From Candidatus Omnitrophota bacterium (GTDB lineage Bacteria; Omnitrophota; Gorgyraeia; Zapsychrales; JANLHA01): a stretch of DNA of 64,000 nucleotides. Below the pieces are notes generated by a model, which worked only from the letters and a program-made list of their open reading frames with translations, was not told the DNA's origin and did not search any database. The stretch is taken from the NCBI GenBank assembly GCA_022711395.1, contig JAKLFA010000001.1, positions 387,277 to 451,276 of the forward strand, given 5' to 3'. The translations under genes and the position numbers were made by a program. Numbering within the stretch: the first letter of the stretch is position 1; every line of letters starts with the position of its first letter. Below are positions 18,200 through 27,538 of this stretch, piece after piece.

Positions 18200-19627
18200 A
18201 TGCAGGGCCTGGCATCATCTGAGCAAGAGATGAGATTGAGAAGATTGTTCGCGGATCTTTTGATCAAAAAAGGATACGAAAAAGAGGTCTATCTGCTTGA
18301 CCTGAGCGCCTTTTTTAAGAGCCATGGAGTTTACACCTTATCCGAAGTGCAGGACCTTTGGAGAGGGCATTTGTCCAAAGCGGAAGTCTGCCGGCATTAT
18401 TTTTCTCTTTATGTGCACATCCCGTTCTGCCGGAAGCGATGTTCATTTTGCCGGCATTATGAATGGACCTGCAGCAGTGAGAACCAGCTGCGGCTTTATC
18501 TTGATTCGCTGGTCTTTGAGATCCGGGCGTTCAAAGAGATATTTTCTGGTGTTATGTTCAAAAGCCTTTATGTCGGCGGCGGGACGGCGAACATTTTAAG
18601 CCCGGAGCAGATCGATCGTCTTTTGTCAGAGATCGACCTAAATTTTAGATTTGATGATCACGCGGAGAAGACATTTGAATGCAATCCCAATGAGTCCTCC
18701 ATGGAAAAACTATCTGTTTTCGCGGGCCATGGGATCAACCGTGTTTCGTTCGGGGTGCAGAGCTATTCTCAGGATGTTCTGGGATGCACTCATCGCGCTC
18801 ATCAGAGTGAGGAGATGGTCGCCTCAGCCATCAGGGATGCGCAGAGATTCCCGGCTTTTCATAAGATCAATGCGGATCTGTTGATCGGGCTGCATAATGA
18901 CAGCCCGAAAACGGTGTGTGACAGTTTTCTTAAACTTGCGCAACTTGGCACAGGATCGATCTCGCTTTATGCTCTTAAGCCGCCGCTGCATTATATTAAA
19001 AAATATTATCGAGGACGGCAGGACCTCTATGATGAGGCCCTATCGGAAAAATTAAGGGACTTTGAACGCCTGGTCGCGCCGATCACAGAAGAATTTGATT
19101 ATGTTTTTACGCCCCTAAAGGAAATTAGGGCGAACTTTGACGCATGGATGTTCACCCTGCGAAAGAATTATCATACCGGGCGCATCTATAAATATGTGAC
19201 CGCGGAATTCCCGATCGATTGCCTGGGCCTTGGAACAGGCGCGGTCTCGACGATCACGGATCACGCTTTTTACAAGAACCAGAGCTTTACGCCGTCCGCG
19301 CAGGGCGGGACCTTTGAGCAAAACGGCAGATACCGAGGCTGTTTGAAATATGGGCCTAAAGAGCAAAGAGTGTTGTTCATTCTGGGGGAGATCGCCACAT
19401 GGAACCGTATTTCGAAAACCCAATACCGGGGGATGTTCGGATCAGATATTACGGCTGACTTTACGGTTGAACTCGAGCGGCTTTCAGCATTGGGCGTTGT
19501 GAGCCTGACTGACGCGTTCGTTATTTTTGAGAGGAAGAAGCCGGAGGAGAGGTTCTTTTACGCGCTGTTTTTTTTGGACCATAAGATGATCTTTGATGCA
19601 ATGGAAAAACTAAAAACAAAAGTCTGA
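18200..19627 (+). CDS. HemN-like (class C) radical SAM enzyme.
   Basis: YVHIPFCRKRCSFCRHY (HemN-type CxxxCxxC) and LYVGGGT. It immediately follows the Hxs-type precursor peptide. Confidence 0.75.
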   Translation: MQGLASSEQEMRLRRLFADLLIKKGYEKEVYLLDLSAFFKSHGVYTLSEVQDLWRGHLSKAEVCRHYFSLYVHIPFCRKRCSFCRHYEWTCSSENQLRLYLDSLVFEIRAFKEIFSGVMFKSLYVGGGTANILSPEQIDRLLSEIDLNFRFDDHAEKTFECNPNESSMEKLSVFAGHGINRVSFGVQSYSQDVLGCTHRAHQSEEMVASAIRDAQRFPAFHKINADLLIGLHNDSPKTVCDSFLKLAQLGTGSISLYALKPPLHYIKKYYRGRQDLYDEALSEKLRDFERLVAPITEEFDYVFTPLKEIRANFDAWMFTLRKNYHTGRIYKYVTAEFPIDCLGLGTGAVSTITDHAFYKNQSFTPSAQGGTFEQNGRYRGCLKYGPKEQRVLFILGEIATWNRISKTQYRGMFGSDITADFTVELERLSALGVVSLTDAFVIFERKKPEERFFYALFFLDHKMIFDAMEKLKTKV

Positions 19628-19648
19628 TTTCATAAGCGGACGTTCAAG

Positions 19649-21481
19649 ATGCCAGTCGCAAAATCCAAAAATAATTCTGCGGGCGCGGTCCGAAAAAAGG
19701 ACGCCCCCTATGTCATTTCAGCAGCCTATCATTGTAATAACGCGTGCCTGTTCTGTTATAACAAGGGCGGGCAGAATATCCGTCCTCAATTGAGCTTTGA
19801 TGAGATGCTCCGGCAGATCGAACAAGCCGCCGGGGCAGGGTATAAAAAGGTCGCTTTTTTCGGGGGGGAATGCACGGTCGAGCCGTATTTTTTTGATCTG
19901 CTCAAGGTCGCCAAAAAATTCGGTTTAAAGGCCCGGCTGGAAACCAACGGCCAGATGTTCGCAGAGACGGACTTTTTGAGGCGATTGAAAGAATTCGACC
20001 TGGATTCATGCCAGTTTTCTTTTCATACTTATGAGGAATCGGTGCATGATGAGTTGACGCGCAATCCGGGCGGATTCCGCAAGACCGTCAAGGGCATCCT
20101 GAATTTTAAAAAAGCCTTTCCCCATGTCAGGCTGGACAGTTACACCGTGATCACCCGCCGGAACGTGCGTCAATTGTATAAGACGGCCTGTTATCTTCAC
20201 AAATTCTTTGGCGTGCAGGAGGCGTTCTTTTCGTTTTTGATCTCTCCGGCGGAGAGGGAAAATTTTAAGCGCCTCGCCGTTTCGTTCAATGACGCCCGTC
20301 CCTGTTTGCAAAGGGCGCTGGACTATCTTTCTGGCCATAACCTTCCGTTCCGGATCGATAAATGCCCGAAATGCGTATTTCCCCAGTATCACGAGCTTCA
20401 TCATTATGAAAAAGGGGTCTTTGATCCGGATGATTACTGCAAGCATGCGGTCTGTGAAAGCTGTCCGCTTTCTGCGGATTGCCCGGGATTCAGTAAACAA
20501 TACGTGGCTGTTTTCGGATTTGATGGCCTGCGGCTGGGAGGATTTCAGCAGGATGAGCTGAAATATTTTTTTGCCGGGCTGAATATGGGAGCGTTAAAGA
20601 GCGTGAAACGATCGCTGACCTTTGATGAGTTCAACAATCCAGTGCTGAACTTTGAGAGGGAAGAGGGGGGCTGGGAGCAGATCTGCAAAGATGTCAATAT
20701 CCCATTGTGCGCGATTAAAAGCACAGGAAAGCTGATCGACATCTGGAATGATTTTCAATTTACGCCGGAGTTTGTTGAAAAAGCGCTTCGTCAAAACAGA
20801 ACAGTGTCCTGTGAAGATTTATCCAGGGCTGTGTGTCAGCAGTTGAGGAAAGATTTTAAGGCGAAGGTCAGTGAGGAAAATGTCCTTTTGACCGCCGGTT
20901 CCCGTCCGGCGTTGTATGCCGCGTTCCTTGCGCACATAAGGCCGGGCGACCTGGCCGTTCTTAAAGAGGGCATGTGGGACGGCTATCGCTATGGTCTTGA
21001 TCAGACCGGGGGCCGGGTCGTTGAGGTTTCTTCTTACGATGAACTGGAGAATGTCGGTTCGGATGAGCTGCGGCTGGTGATCGTCAACAACCCTCAGCTG
21101 CCTTCCGTGCGCCAGCGGTTGTCTGAAAAGGAAATCAGGAAGCTCATCTCTTTTTGCAATCAGCGGGGAACGTTTTTGCTCGTCGATGAGATCGGTAACC
21201 GCCTTTCTCCTGACCCGTTTTCGGTCCTTTCGCATTGTGATATGTCTAAAGACCGCGTGATCGTGACCCAGTCATTTTCTAAAAATTATTTTATTCCTCA
21301 ATATAAGGCCGGTTATGCGGTGGCGCATCCTGAGATCATTTCAAAGATCAAACGGATCATTGATTTCAGCGGATATCCGATCGCGCCCCGGTCCGTTCAG
21401 GCAGCGCATGCGGTTCTCTGTTCACCTCAGCAGTGGCAGAAAGAAAAGGCCGCCATGATCTATAAAAAAGGGACGTGGTAA
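19649..21481 (+). CDS. Radical SAM domain fused to a C-terminal PLP-dependent class I/II (HisC-like) aminotransferase-fold domain.
   Basis: N-terminal CNNACLFC (CxxxCxxC) with GGE. The C-terminal ~250 aa align to the aminotransferase fold, including SFSKNYFIPQYKAGYAVA. Compare hisC in this window: [18 protein letters not shown], the pyridoxal-Lys motif. Confidence 0.6.
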   Translation: MPVAKSKNNSAGAVRKKDAPYVISAAYHCNNACLFCYNKGGQNIRPQLSFDEMLRQIEQAAGAGYKKVAFFGGECTVEPYFFDLLKVAKKFGLKARLETNGQMFAETDFLRRLKEFDLDSCQFSFHTYEESVHDELTRNPGGFRKTVKGILNFKKAFPHVRLDSYTVITRRNVRQLYKTACYLHKFFGVQEAFFSFLISPAERENFKRLAVSFNDARPCLQRALDYLSGHNLPFRIDKCPKCVFPQYHELHHYEKGVFDPDDYCKHAVCESCPLSADCPGFSKQYVAVFGFDGLRLGGFQQDELKYFFAGLNMGALKSVKRSLTFDEFNNPVLNFEREEGGWEQICKDVNIPLCAIKSTGKLIDIWNDFQFTPEFVEKALRQNRTVSCEDLSRAVCQQLRKDFKAKVSEENVLLTAGSRPALYAAFLAHIRPGDLAVLKEGMWDGYRYGLDQTGGRVVEVSSYDELENVGSDELRLVIVNNPQLPSVRQRLSEKEIRKLISFCNQRGTFLLVDEIGNRLSPDPFSVLSHCDMSKDRVIVTQSFSKNYFIPQYKAGYAVAHPEIISKIKRIIDFSGYPIAPRSVQAAHAVLCSPQQWQKEKAAMIYKKGTW

Positions 21482-21498
21482 AGAGGGCTTTTATGTCT

Positions 21499-23097
21499 TT
21501 AAGGCAGGATCTTGTAGAATGTGTAACGGGCCTTGCCTTGATCGTATGAACGGTATTCTTCCATCCTGTAACTGCTTTTCATGATCCCGCACAATTCCCC
21601 TTCAGCGGCCGACATTTGGCAGATCAGATCATCGAAAAAGAGAACGCAGTCCGTTGAACGCAAGATGTTTCCTCGCTCCGCATGGTTTTCCAGGAAAAAG
21701 CTGAGATCGACCACGTTGAGTTCAGTGGTGGACCGCAGGATCGTTGGGTGGTTGGCAATGATCAGGCAGCCGGAAGGGATGTCTTTTTCCGCCAGCTCCG
21801 GGACGCGGGTCTCCAGCCGGTGTCCGTCACCGCCGAACATCTTTGACACCGGGTCAACGTAAGGGAGGCAGGAGCTTATTAAAAGGCCCACGATGAGAAT
21901 GCGCATGGCCGTTTGCGCGGAAGGCCGTTTGATTTTTTGCGTAAAAAAGACCAAGCCCTCAGAGAGCGCCGATGCGGCAAAAATGCCCAGGACAGGGTAA
22001 AAACTGAGAACGATCCGCCCCTTTCCCAGCAGGGCGTCTTCGCCGCCCAGGGTCTTTATCCAAGAGGAGAAATAGGCGGCCCACCAAAAGACGAGCCACA
22101 GGCACAGGAATGAAAATATTTTTCGGTCCTTGATGAGGAGCAGGATAGCCCCGATAAGCGAAAGAAAAGAGAAAAGAAGCGGCTGCATGGATCCGTTAAA
22201 AATGGAGATGCCGTAATGCCGTGTGTTGTAAAACAAATTTTGGAGGCTCCAGTTGGCTCCGCGGATGCCGGTATATTCTGCGACCTCGCTGAAGTTCAGG
22301 GAGGAATAATAATGAAGGACTTGCGCGAGATTGGGCAGGCTTAAGGCAATAAACAGCAGCCAGGCGAAGACGTATGATACAGGAGGCGTTACGTTGTTTT
22401 TTTCTCCCAGGATCCAGTTTCCCGCCGGGAACAAAAGAAAAAGGATATAATTTTCCGGCCTGAATTGTGCCGCAAGGCATATCGCAGACAGGGAGAGCCA
22501 AAAAAAGGCGCGGGTCTTTTTTTGAAAATAAAGAGAACATGCCGTTACGGCCAGGCAGACCATGAAGAGTGAAACGACATTGGTTTCGGCTGTGGCCGAC
22601 CAGCGGATATGGATCGGCTGAAGGCCTATCAGCAGAGCGGCAAAGATGGCTGTTGTTTTTTTATTCGTGATGGCAAAGGTCAGAAAAAACACTGCAGCGG
22701 CTGAAAGAGCCCCGATAACGATCATCCCGTAAAGCGCGACCCAGTTGTTGGTTCCGAACACGAAAAAAAATGAGCTTAAGAGAAAAGGCCAGCCGATCGA
22801 TTTGGGATAATCCCCCGAGTGGCCTGTTTGCAGGATGTGTTTGGCTGCCTCCATATACCATGGTTCATCCAAATACATCACATGCTGGATCGGCGGGACC
22901 AAAAGGCGCAAGGCGAGAGAAAAGAGAACAATGACGGCAAGCCATCCATAAGCAGCGCCGCCGGCCTTTGACGCGAACTCCGAGAGATTTTTACGGTTCT
23001 GAGCGAGCAGAAATAAAAAGATGATCCATGAGAACAGGGCGCATGCCGGGATGGCGGCGGAAAGAGTTTCGGCTATGGAGCGTAAGAACATTGTCAT
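21499..23097 (-). CDS. Polytopic membrane protein, GT-C-fold glycosyltransferase-like (ArnT/PMT family-like).
   Basis: At least 12 TM helices and a first-loop acidic motif …HVMYLDEPWYMEAAKHI… resembling the GT-C DE/DD motif. Function is inferred from architecture. Confidence 0.45.
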   Translation of the reverse strand: MTMFLRSIAETLSAAIPACALFSWIIFLFLLAQNRKNLSEFASKAGGAAYGWLAVIVLFSLALRLLVPPIQHVMYLDEPWYMEAAKHILQTGHSGDYPKSIGWPFLLSSFFFVFGTNNWVALYGMIVIGALSAAAVFFLTFAITNKKTTAIFAALLIGLQPIHIRWSATAETNVVSLFMVCLAVTACSLYFQKKTRAFFWLSLSAICLAAQFRPENYILFLLFPAGNWILGEKNNVTPPVSYVFAWLLFIALSLPNLAQVLHYYSSLNFSEVAEYTGIRGANWSLQNLFYNTRHYGISIFNGSMQPLLFSFLSLIGAILLLIKDRKIFSFLCLWLVFWWAAYFSSWIKTLGGEDALLGKGRIVLSFYPVLGIFAASALSEGLVFFTQKIKRPSAQTAMRILIVGLLISSCLPYVDPVSKMFGGDGHRLETRVPELAEKDIPSGCLIIANHPTILRSTTELNVVDLSFFLENHAERGNILRSTDCVLFFDDLICQMSAAEGELCGIMKSSYRMEEYRSYDQGKARYTFYKILP

Positions 23098-23121
23098 TTG
23101 AAGATCCTTCGTCCTATTATT

Positions 23122-24060
23122 TTAACGGAAGTAGATCCCTAATGAATCGCCTTCCCAGGTCAGGTAAGAAACGGCTCCGCCGCATTGCTTTAAATATTGC
23201 TTAGAGCTGTCCCACCACGTCAAAAGATGCTCGTCTTTAAAATTAAAGACTGGAAGTTCAGGGGCTGGCAGCGCCGTTTCCAAACGGGCCCAGATCTTGG
23301 TTGAAGAGACCGAGGCCTCCGGTGTGATGCGGTGCAGATATCCGATGTGGCGCAAAGGCATTTGTTTGACCCAGAGTAAAAATGGGGTGAGGAACGCAGA
23401 TCCGTCCCTTGAGCATTGATGGATGATCTCGTCATAGAACGCATCATGAAACGGGGCGGATGAATACGGGTAGATCTTTAAAGAACAATTGCCGCTCGGT
23501 CCGAAGTCTATTCCGATGGCGTCCAGCGTTATTCCTGAAATAAGCGTCTTTAACGCGGCCCGATTGATCCGCAGATCTTCAGCGATCGAAAGGAGAGAGT
23601 CGTCCGCTTTATGACAGGTGTTGATCAGGCTGATGTATGTTTTTAGCAAAAGGCGGCCGTCCTTATTAAGAGTGAAGCCAAACTGCATCGGCCAGTTGGT
23701 TTTTGAAATGGATTTGAAGGCTCCTTCAAGGATATGGACCTGTTGTTGCGTTAATGTTGGTTCCTGCTTTGAAAGAATATGCAGGGCGCGGTAGATCTCA
23801 AAAAAACGCTCTTTGCAGAGGGCCTGTTGGAATTCAAAAGGTCGGTCCGCGTCAAAGAAGCGCAAGTGGAGGAGCCGAAGGTCATCCGTTTTTGAGCTCA
23901 GCGAGAATTCAAAGATGCCCGATTGGGAAGAAAGCGCAGTGCCGGGTTTTTCCAGCAGCTTAAACAGGGAGCTGAAATCCAGCGGCGGGATGTTCCAGTG
24001 TTTTGTCAGGTCTGTGATGAAACGTTTTGCTTGGGAGCTGTCCATGGCTGATAAGGTCAA
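23122..24060 (-). CDS. Hypothetical protein (312 aa) in the rSAM island.
   Basis: Long ORF with coding-like composition, translationally coupled to the upstream rSAM (4-nt overlap). I recognise no family. Confidence 0.45.
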   Translation of the reverse strand: MTLSAMDSSQAKRFITDLTKHWNIPPLDFSSLFKLLEKPGTALSSQSGIFEFSLSSKTDDLRLLHLRFFDADRPFEFQQALCKERFFEIYRALHILSKQEPTLTQQQVHILEGAFKSISKTNWPMQFGFTLNKDGRLLLKTYISLINTCHKADDSLLSIAEDLRINRAALKTLISGITLDAIGIDFGPSGNCSLKIYPYSSAPFHDAFYDEIIHQCSRDGSAFLTPFLLWVKQMPLRHIGYLHRITPEASVSSTKIWARLETALPAPELPVFNFKDEHLLTWWDSSKQYLKQCGGAVSYLTWEGDSLGIYFR

Positions 24061-25208
24061 TATTGATAAAGTTGGATGAACCGCGGATCATATTTTAACG
24101 CGGACTTGATCTTTAAGAAAGTTCGGACATAGATTTTGGAGATACAGCAGAAAGCCGTGTAAAGACGCCGGCTTTGGACGGCGCGTTCGGTCTCGAATGT
24201 CTTTGTGTAGAGGAGATGTCCGATCGGGCAGAAACAATATTTATAGATGGAGCACTCTGAGCACTCGAGCCCGGATTCGGCGGTGAATTCATCGCGCAAT
24301 TTTTTCAGTAAACGCAGGCGTTTATCGTCATCGATCCCTTCGCAGGCGTTTCCGATGGCGTAGTCTTTTCGCATGGCGGGGTCAAGAGAGAAGACTTTGT
24401 CGCAGACATAGAATTGCTGATCGTTCCCGAAAGAGAGCTTTCCGCAGCGTTCCATTTTATCGACCTCGATCCCGTTGACGAGCGTGTCAAGAAATGCGTT
24501 CTTAAAGACCGGGGCGTTACGTTGAAACAGCTCGATATAATAGCGTTCAAAATCTTCAAAGGATCTTTCCATGGACCGCAGGTCGTTCGTGTTCCAGTGG
24601 GCGTATTGGTCAGGATAGAATTCGATCGAATAAAAATCCTTGGCGCTTAAAAAGCGGATATTGTCCAGAAGACGGCTCACGTTTTGTGGGGTGAACACCA
24701 TCGCGGCGGAAAGTCTGAAGGTGGTGCCGAGGCGCTCCATGTTCCGCATGATCGCATCAAAGCTGGACCGGTCAGGGTTGTTGCGGAATGGGCGGTTCTC
24801 ATCATGGGTCAGTTTGTCGCCATCGATGCTGATCTTGATGATGGTGTCTTCTTTGGCGATCGAGCGGAGGATGTCCTTATCCAGGAGGGTGCCGTTGCTG
24901 ATGATCGCCACATCTAAGCGGGTCTTGTTTTCCTGGGCTTTTTTTCGGGCGTAGTCGCAGAGCGCTCTTAAAAGTCCGATCTCAAGGGTCGGCTCGCTGC
25001 CGTTAAAACTTAAGGTCTTGTGTTTTCCGGGATAGCTGAAGAGCAGGTCGATCGATCGTTTCAAGGATTCTTCATCATCCGGAGAATGCTTGAAATCCGT
25101 CTTTTTTAGGAAGCAGTATTTACAGTCGAGGTTGCATTGGCCGGTGAAAAAGAAATTCAGCGTGGACGGCGAGTCGTGGGGGATTATGGGGTTATTCGGA
25201 TCTCTCAT
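24057..25208 (-). CDS. Radical SAM/SPASM-domain protein (anaerobic sulfatase-maturase-like); HxsB/HxsC candidate.
   Basis: Start revised to ATG 25208 (MRDPNNPII…). The ORF-track N-terminal 74 aa are low-complexity and would overlap the upstream gene by 238 nt. CNLDCKYC lies near the N-terminus. The C-terminus has Cys clusters (CEGIDDDKRL…CSECSIYKYCFCPIGH…). Confidence 0.7.
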   Translation of the reverse strand: MRDPNNPIIPHDSPSTLNFFFTGQCNLDCKYCFLKKTDFKHSPDDEESLKRSIDLLFSYPGKHKTLSFNGSEPTLEIGLLRALCDYARKKAQENKTRLDVAIISNGTLLDKDILRSIAKEDTIIKISIDGDKLTHDENRPFRNNPDRSSFDAIMRNMERLGTTFRLSAAMVFTPQNVSRLLDNIRFLSAKDFYSIEFYPDQYAHWNTNDLRSMERSFEDFERYYIELFQRNAPVFKNAFLDTLVNGIEVDKMERCGKLSFGNDQQFYVCDKVFSLDPAMRKDYAIGNACEGIDDDKRLRLLKKLRDEFTAESGLECSECSIYKYCFCPIGHLLYTKTFETERAVQSRRLYTAFCCISKIYVRTFLKIKSALKYDPRFIQLYQY

Positions 25209-26691
25209 AGAGATGAGCGGCCATCCGCCGGAACCAGTCGTCGAAGACGGCCCGTATTTTTTTGTTCTTGAGCTTTTTGAACAGATGATCAAAGATCGCC
25301 ATTTTGATCTTGCAGCTGTCTGTCGCCGGGATCTGGGGGAAGAGATTGCCGTATTCCACGAAATTGACCAGCGGGCAGACGCCGCAGTATGGTTTGTAAG
25401 CACAGTCTGAGCAGCTGGCCTGGTTATCAAGGCAAGATGAGATGCATAGCGTCTTCGTGACTTCGTTGTCGATCAGGTCGCTAAACCGGCTGGTATTGAC
25501 ATGTCCGATCTGAAAATTCCCGTAACCCATACGGCTGGACATCCGCCCTTCATCGCAGGAATAGATCGCGCCGTCGTAGTTGAAGGCCATTTGGCCGATG
25601 CTGGCGCCGCAAGGATTGCGCATATCATAAAAACAGGGGTCATCGTTCTTGAGGATCTTGGACAAAGCAAAAAAAGCGTTACGTTCCAGTATGAACGTGC
25701 CCTTCGAATTCAACTCCAGGATATAATCCAGCGCGCGCTTGTAAAAGGTGATGAACTTTTCGGATTTATAGCTGATGAGTTTGTGTGTTTTGCGCTCCAG
25801 GCCGAACGGATTGAGCGGGCGCAGGAAAATGTTATTGAATCCCAGGGAAATATATTCATCAATGATCTCTTTGGCGTAGGGAAGCGAGAATTTTGTGATG
25901 GTCGTGATGGCGTTGAGCTGGTCAATGAATTGAGAAGGGGAACCTTTACGCTTTTGCCGGATGGCCGCATTGATCTTTTTGATCTGCTTGACAACGATGG
26001 CATGGCTTTTACCGGAACCGAGAAATGGCCGGTTTTTGTCGTGCACTTCAGCTGGTCCATCCAGCGAGGTGACGATGCTCACGTTATGATCGAGCAGGAA
26101 CTTGAGCTTTTCATCATCCATCAGGATGAGGTTGGAGATCACCGTGAGCTTAAGCCGTTTTTTATGGATCTCGGCCATGTTTTGAGAATATCCGACCATA
26201 TATTGCAGGACCGGCCAATTCAATAACGGCTCTCCTCCCTGGAATTCGATATGGACATTTTGTGAAGGCCCTTGAAAAATAAGGTCCAGCGCCTTTTTGG
26301 CGGTCGCCTCATCCATGTCATAACCATGCGTGTCGCAGGTTTCCGGAGTGGATTGGCAGTAAAGGCAGCGTTGGTTGCAACGCAAGGTCAGGATGATCAG
26401 GAAAAGCGAGGGGCCCCGGTAAGCGGAGTTGTGAAGGCGGAGGTACTTTGAGGCCTGCTCAGCCAGTTTGTTTCGGTCGGTCCGGTCGATGTCAATGAAC
26501 TGTTTGTCCCGTAGCTCTTGATAGAGCGGTTCATCTTTTGTAATGGAATTTTCAAGCAAACGCTTGAAATCCACCTGGTCCAGGCAGGCCCAATCGCCGC
26601 AGTCATTGGTAACGATGTAATCGTTGTTGACCCTGCGGAAACGGATATTGCCCAGGTGAGAACAGGTGGCTGCTTTTTTAGGGTTGCGCAT
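25192..26691 (-). CDS. Radical SAM/SPASM-domain protein with a ~110-aa N-terminal extension; HxsB/HxsC candidate.
   Basis: Start revised to ATG 26691 (MRNPKK…); the upstream ORF-track residues are low-complexity. CNQRCLYC lies ~110 aa in from the start. The C-terminus has SPASM-like Cys clusters (…CISSCLDNQASCSDCAYKPYCGVCP…). Confidence 0.65.
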   Translation of the reverse strand: MRNPKKAATCSHLGNIRFRRVNNDYIVTNDCGDWACLDQVDFKRLLENSITKDEPLYQELRDKQFIDIDRTDRNKLAEQASKYLRLHNSAYRGPSLFLIILTLRCNQRCLYCQSTPETCDTHGYDMDEATAKKALDLIFQGPSQNVHIEFQGGEPLLNWPVLQYMVGYSQNMAEIHKKRLKLTVISNLILMDDEKLKFLLDHNVSIVTSLDGPAEVHDKNRPFLGSGKSHAIVVKQIKKINAAIRQKRKGSPSQFIDQLNAITTITKFSLPYAKEIIDEYISLGFNNIFLRPLNPFGLERKTHKLISYKSEKFITFYKRALDYILELNSKGTFILERNAFFALSKILKNDDPCFYDMRNPCGASIGQMAFNYDGAIYSCDEGRMSSRMGYGNFQIGHVNTSRFSDLIDNEVTKTLCISSCLDNQASCSDCAYKPYCGVCPLVNFVEYGNLFPQIPATDSCKIKMAIFDHLFKKLKNKKIRAVFDDWFRRMAAHLYERSE

Positions 26692-26896
26692 GGGCGATCT
26701 CGAGATAGAGGACATAGTTTTTGAACTCACTGATAAAGATTTCTGCGTCGTCCAATTGTCCGTCGTCATCAACGGAGACATGGAAATACTGCCCCTTTGA
26801 GCGGATCTCAAACTTGCCGAAATCCTTGAATTGTTCAAAGGCGGCTTCAATGTGCGCTTGTGAGTATAAATTTTTATGAAAAGGGATTGTCAGCAT
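26678..26896 (-). CDS. Small hypothetical protein (72 aa) immediately upstream of the SPASM rSAM pair; possible accessory protein or second substrate.
   Basis: Tight spacing: 2 nt after the upstream gene and a 14-nt overlap with the downstream rSAM. I have no family assignment. Confidence 0.4.
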   Translation of the reverse strand: MLTIPFHKNLYSQAHIEAAFEQFKDFGKFEIRSKGQYFHVSVDDDGQLDDAEIFISEFKNYVLYLEIAHAQP

Positions 26897-26897
26897 T

Positions 26898-27401
26898 TTA
26901 CTGCAAAGGTCTTTTTATGTTCAACGGATCTTCTTCGTAGGTTCCCGCAGAAAAATCTTCCTGCTCCAGTTCTTTCTTGAGAGCTTCGATCTCCTGTTCG
27001 ATCTTTTTGATGTCATCCTCATCACTGTTGGCGCGTGAAGGTTCTTGCGGCCCTTTGGATGAGGAGGGAAGGGCGGCGTTAATGGCCCCTCCAACGATAT
27101 ATTCAATGATCGTTTTATTTTTTTGGGCGATCTCTTTGCGGACGGATGCATTGAGAAGTTCATTCAAGAATTCATTGCGGAGCGCTTCGAGCTGCTTTTT
27201 GGTTGATCGTGTCTTTGTTTTCAACAAGACGGTGAACTCATCTTTTTTCGGGGCGTCGATATAAACATAGACTTTGTCTACGATGATGTAGCAAGCCTTT
27301 AAAAGGACCTCTTTGGGATAGATTTTAGGATGAACGGAGAAGACAATCTCTGAATCCTTCGTGTTAATCCGTGTTTTGCTGGATTTTTCGAAATTATTCA
27401 T
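26898..27401 (-). CDS. Hypothetical protein (167 aa) with an acidic coiled-coil C-terminus; HxsD-like candidate.
   Basis: First gene of the minus-strand rSAM operon. Contains …FLNELLNASVRKE…, loosely reminiscent of the LLNDYxLRE motif I recall for HxsD. This similarity is weak. Confidence 0.4.
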   Translation of the reverse strand: MNNFEKSSKTRINTKDSEIVFSVHPKIYPKEVLLKACYIIVDKVYVYIDAPKKDEFTVLLKTKTRSTKKQLEALRNEFLNELLNASVRKEIAQKNKTIIEYIVGGAINAALPSSSKGPQEPSRANSDEDDIKKIEQEIEALKKELEQEDFSAGTYEEDPLNIKRPLQ

Positions 27402-27538
27402 TTTTCGCTCGTATATTGTGGGATTGATAGAGAACTAAAAGAATCTAGGTAAAGTATAACAGGAATGACTGTTTTCGCAAATATTTTATTCCGTTTCTTG
27501 CGCCGGGCAGCGTCTAGCCCCGGCCTCGTTGCTGCCTT

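Noticed and set aside
25501-26226. 241-aa plus-strand ORF inside the SPASM rSAM gene
   Set aside because: It is antisense to the rSAM coding frame, which has a CxxxCxxC motif and SPASM Cys clusters.
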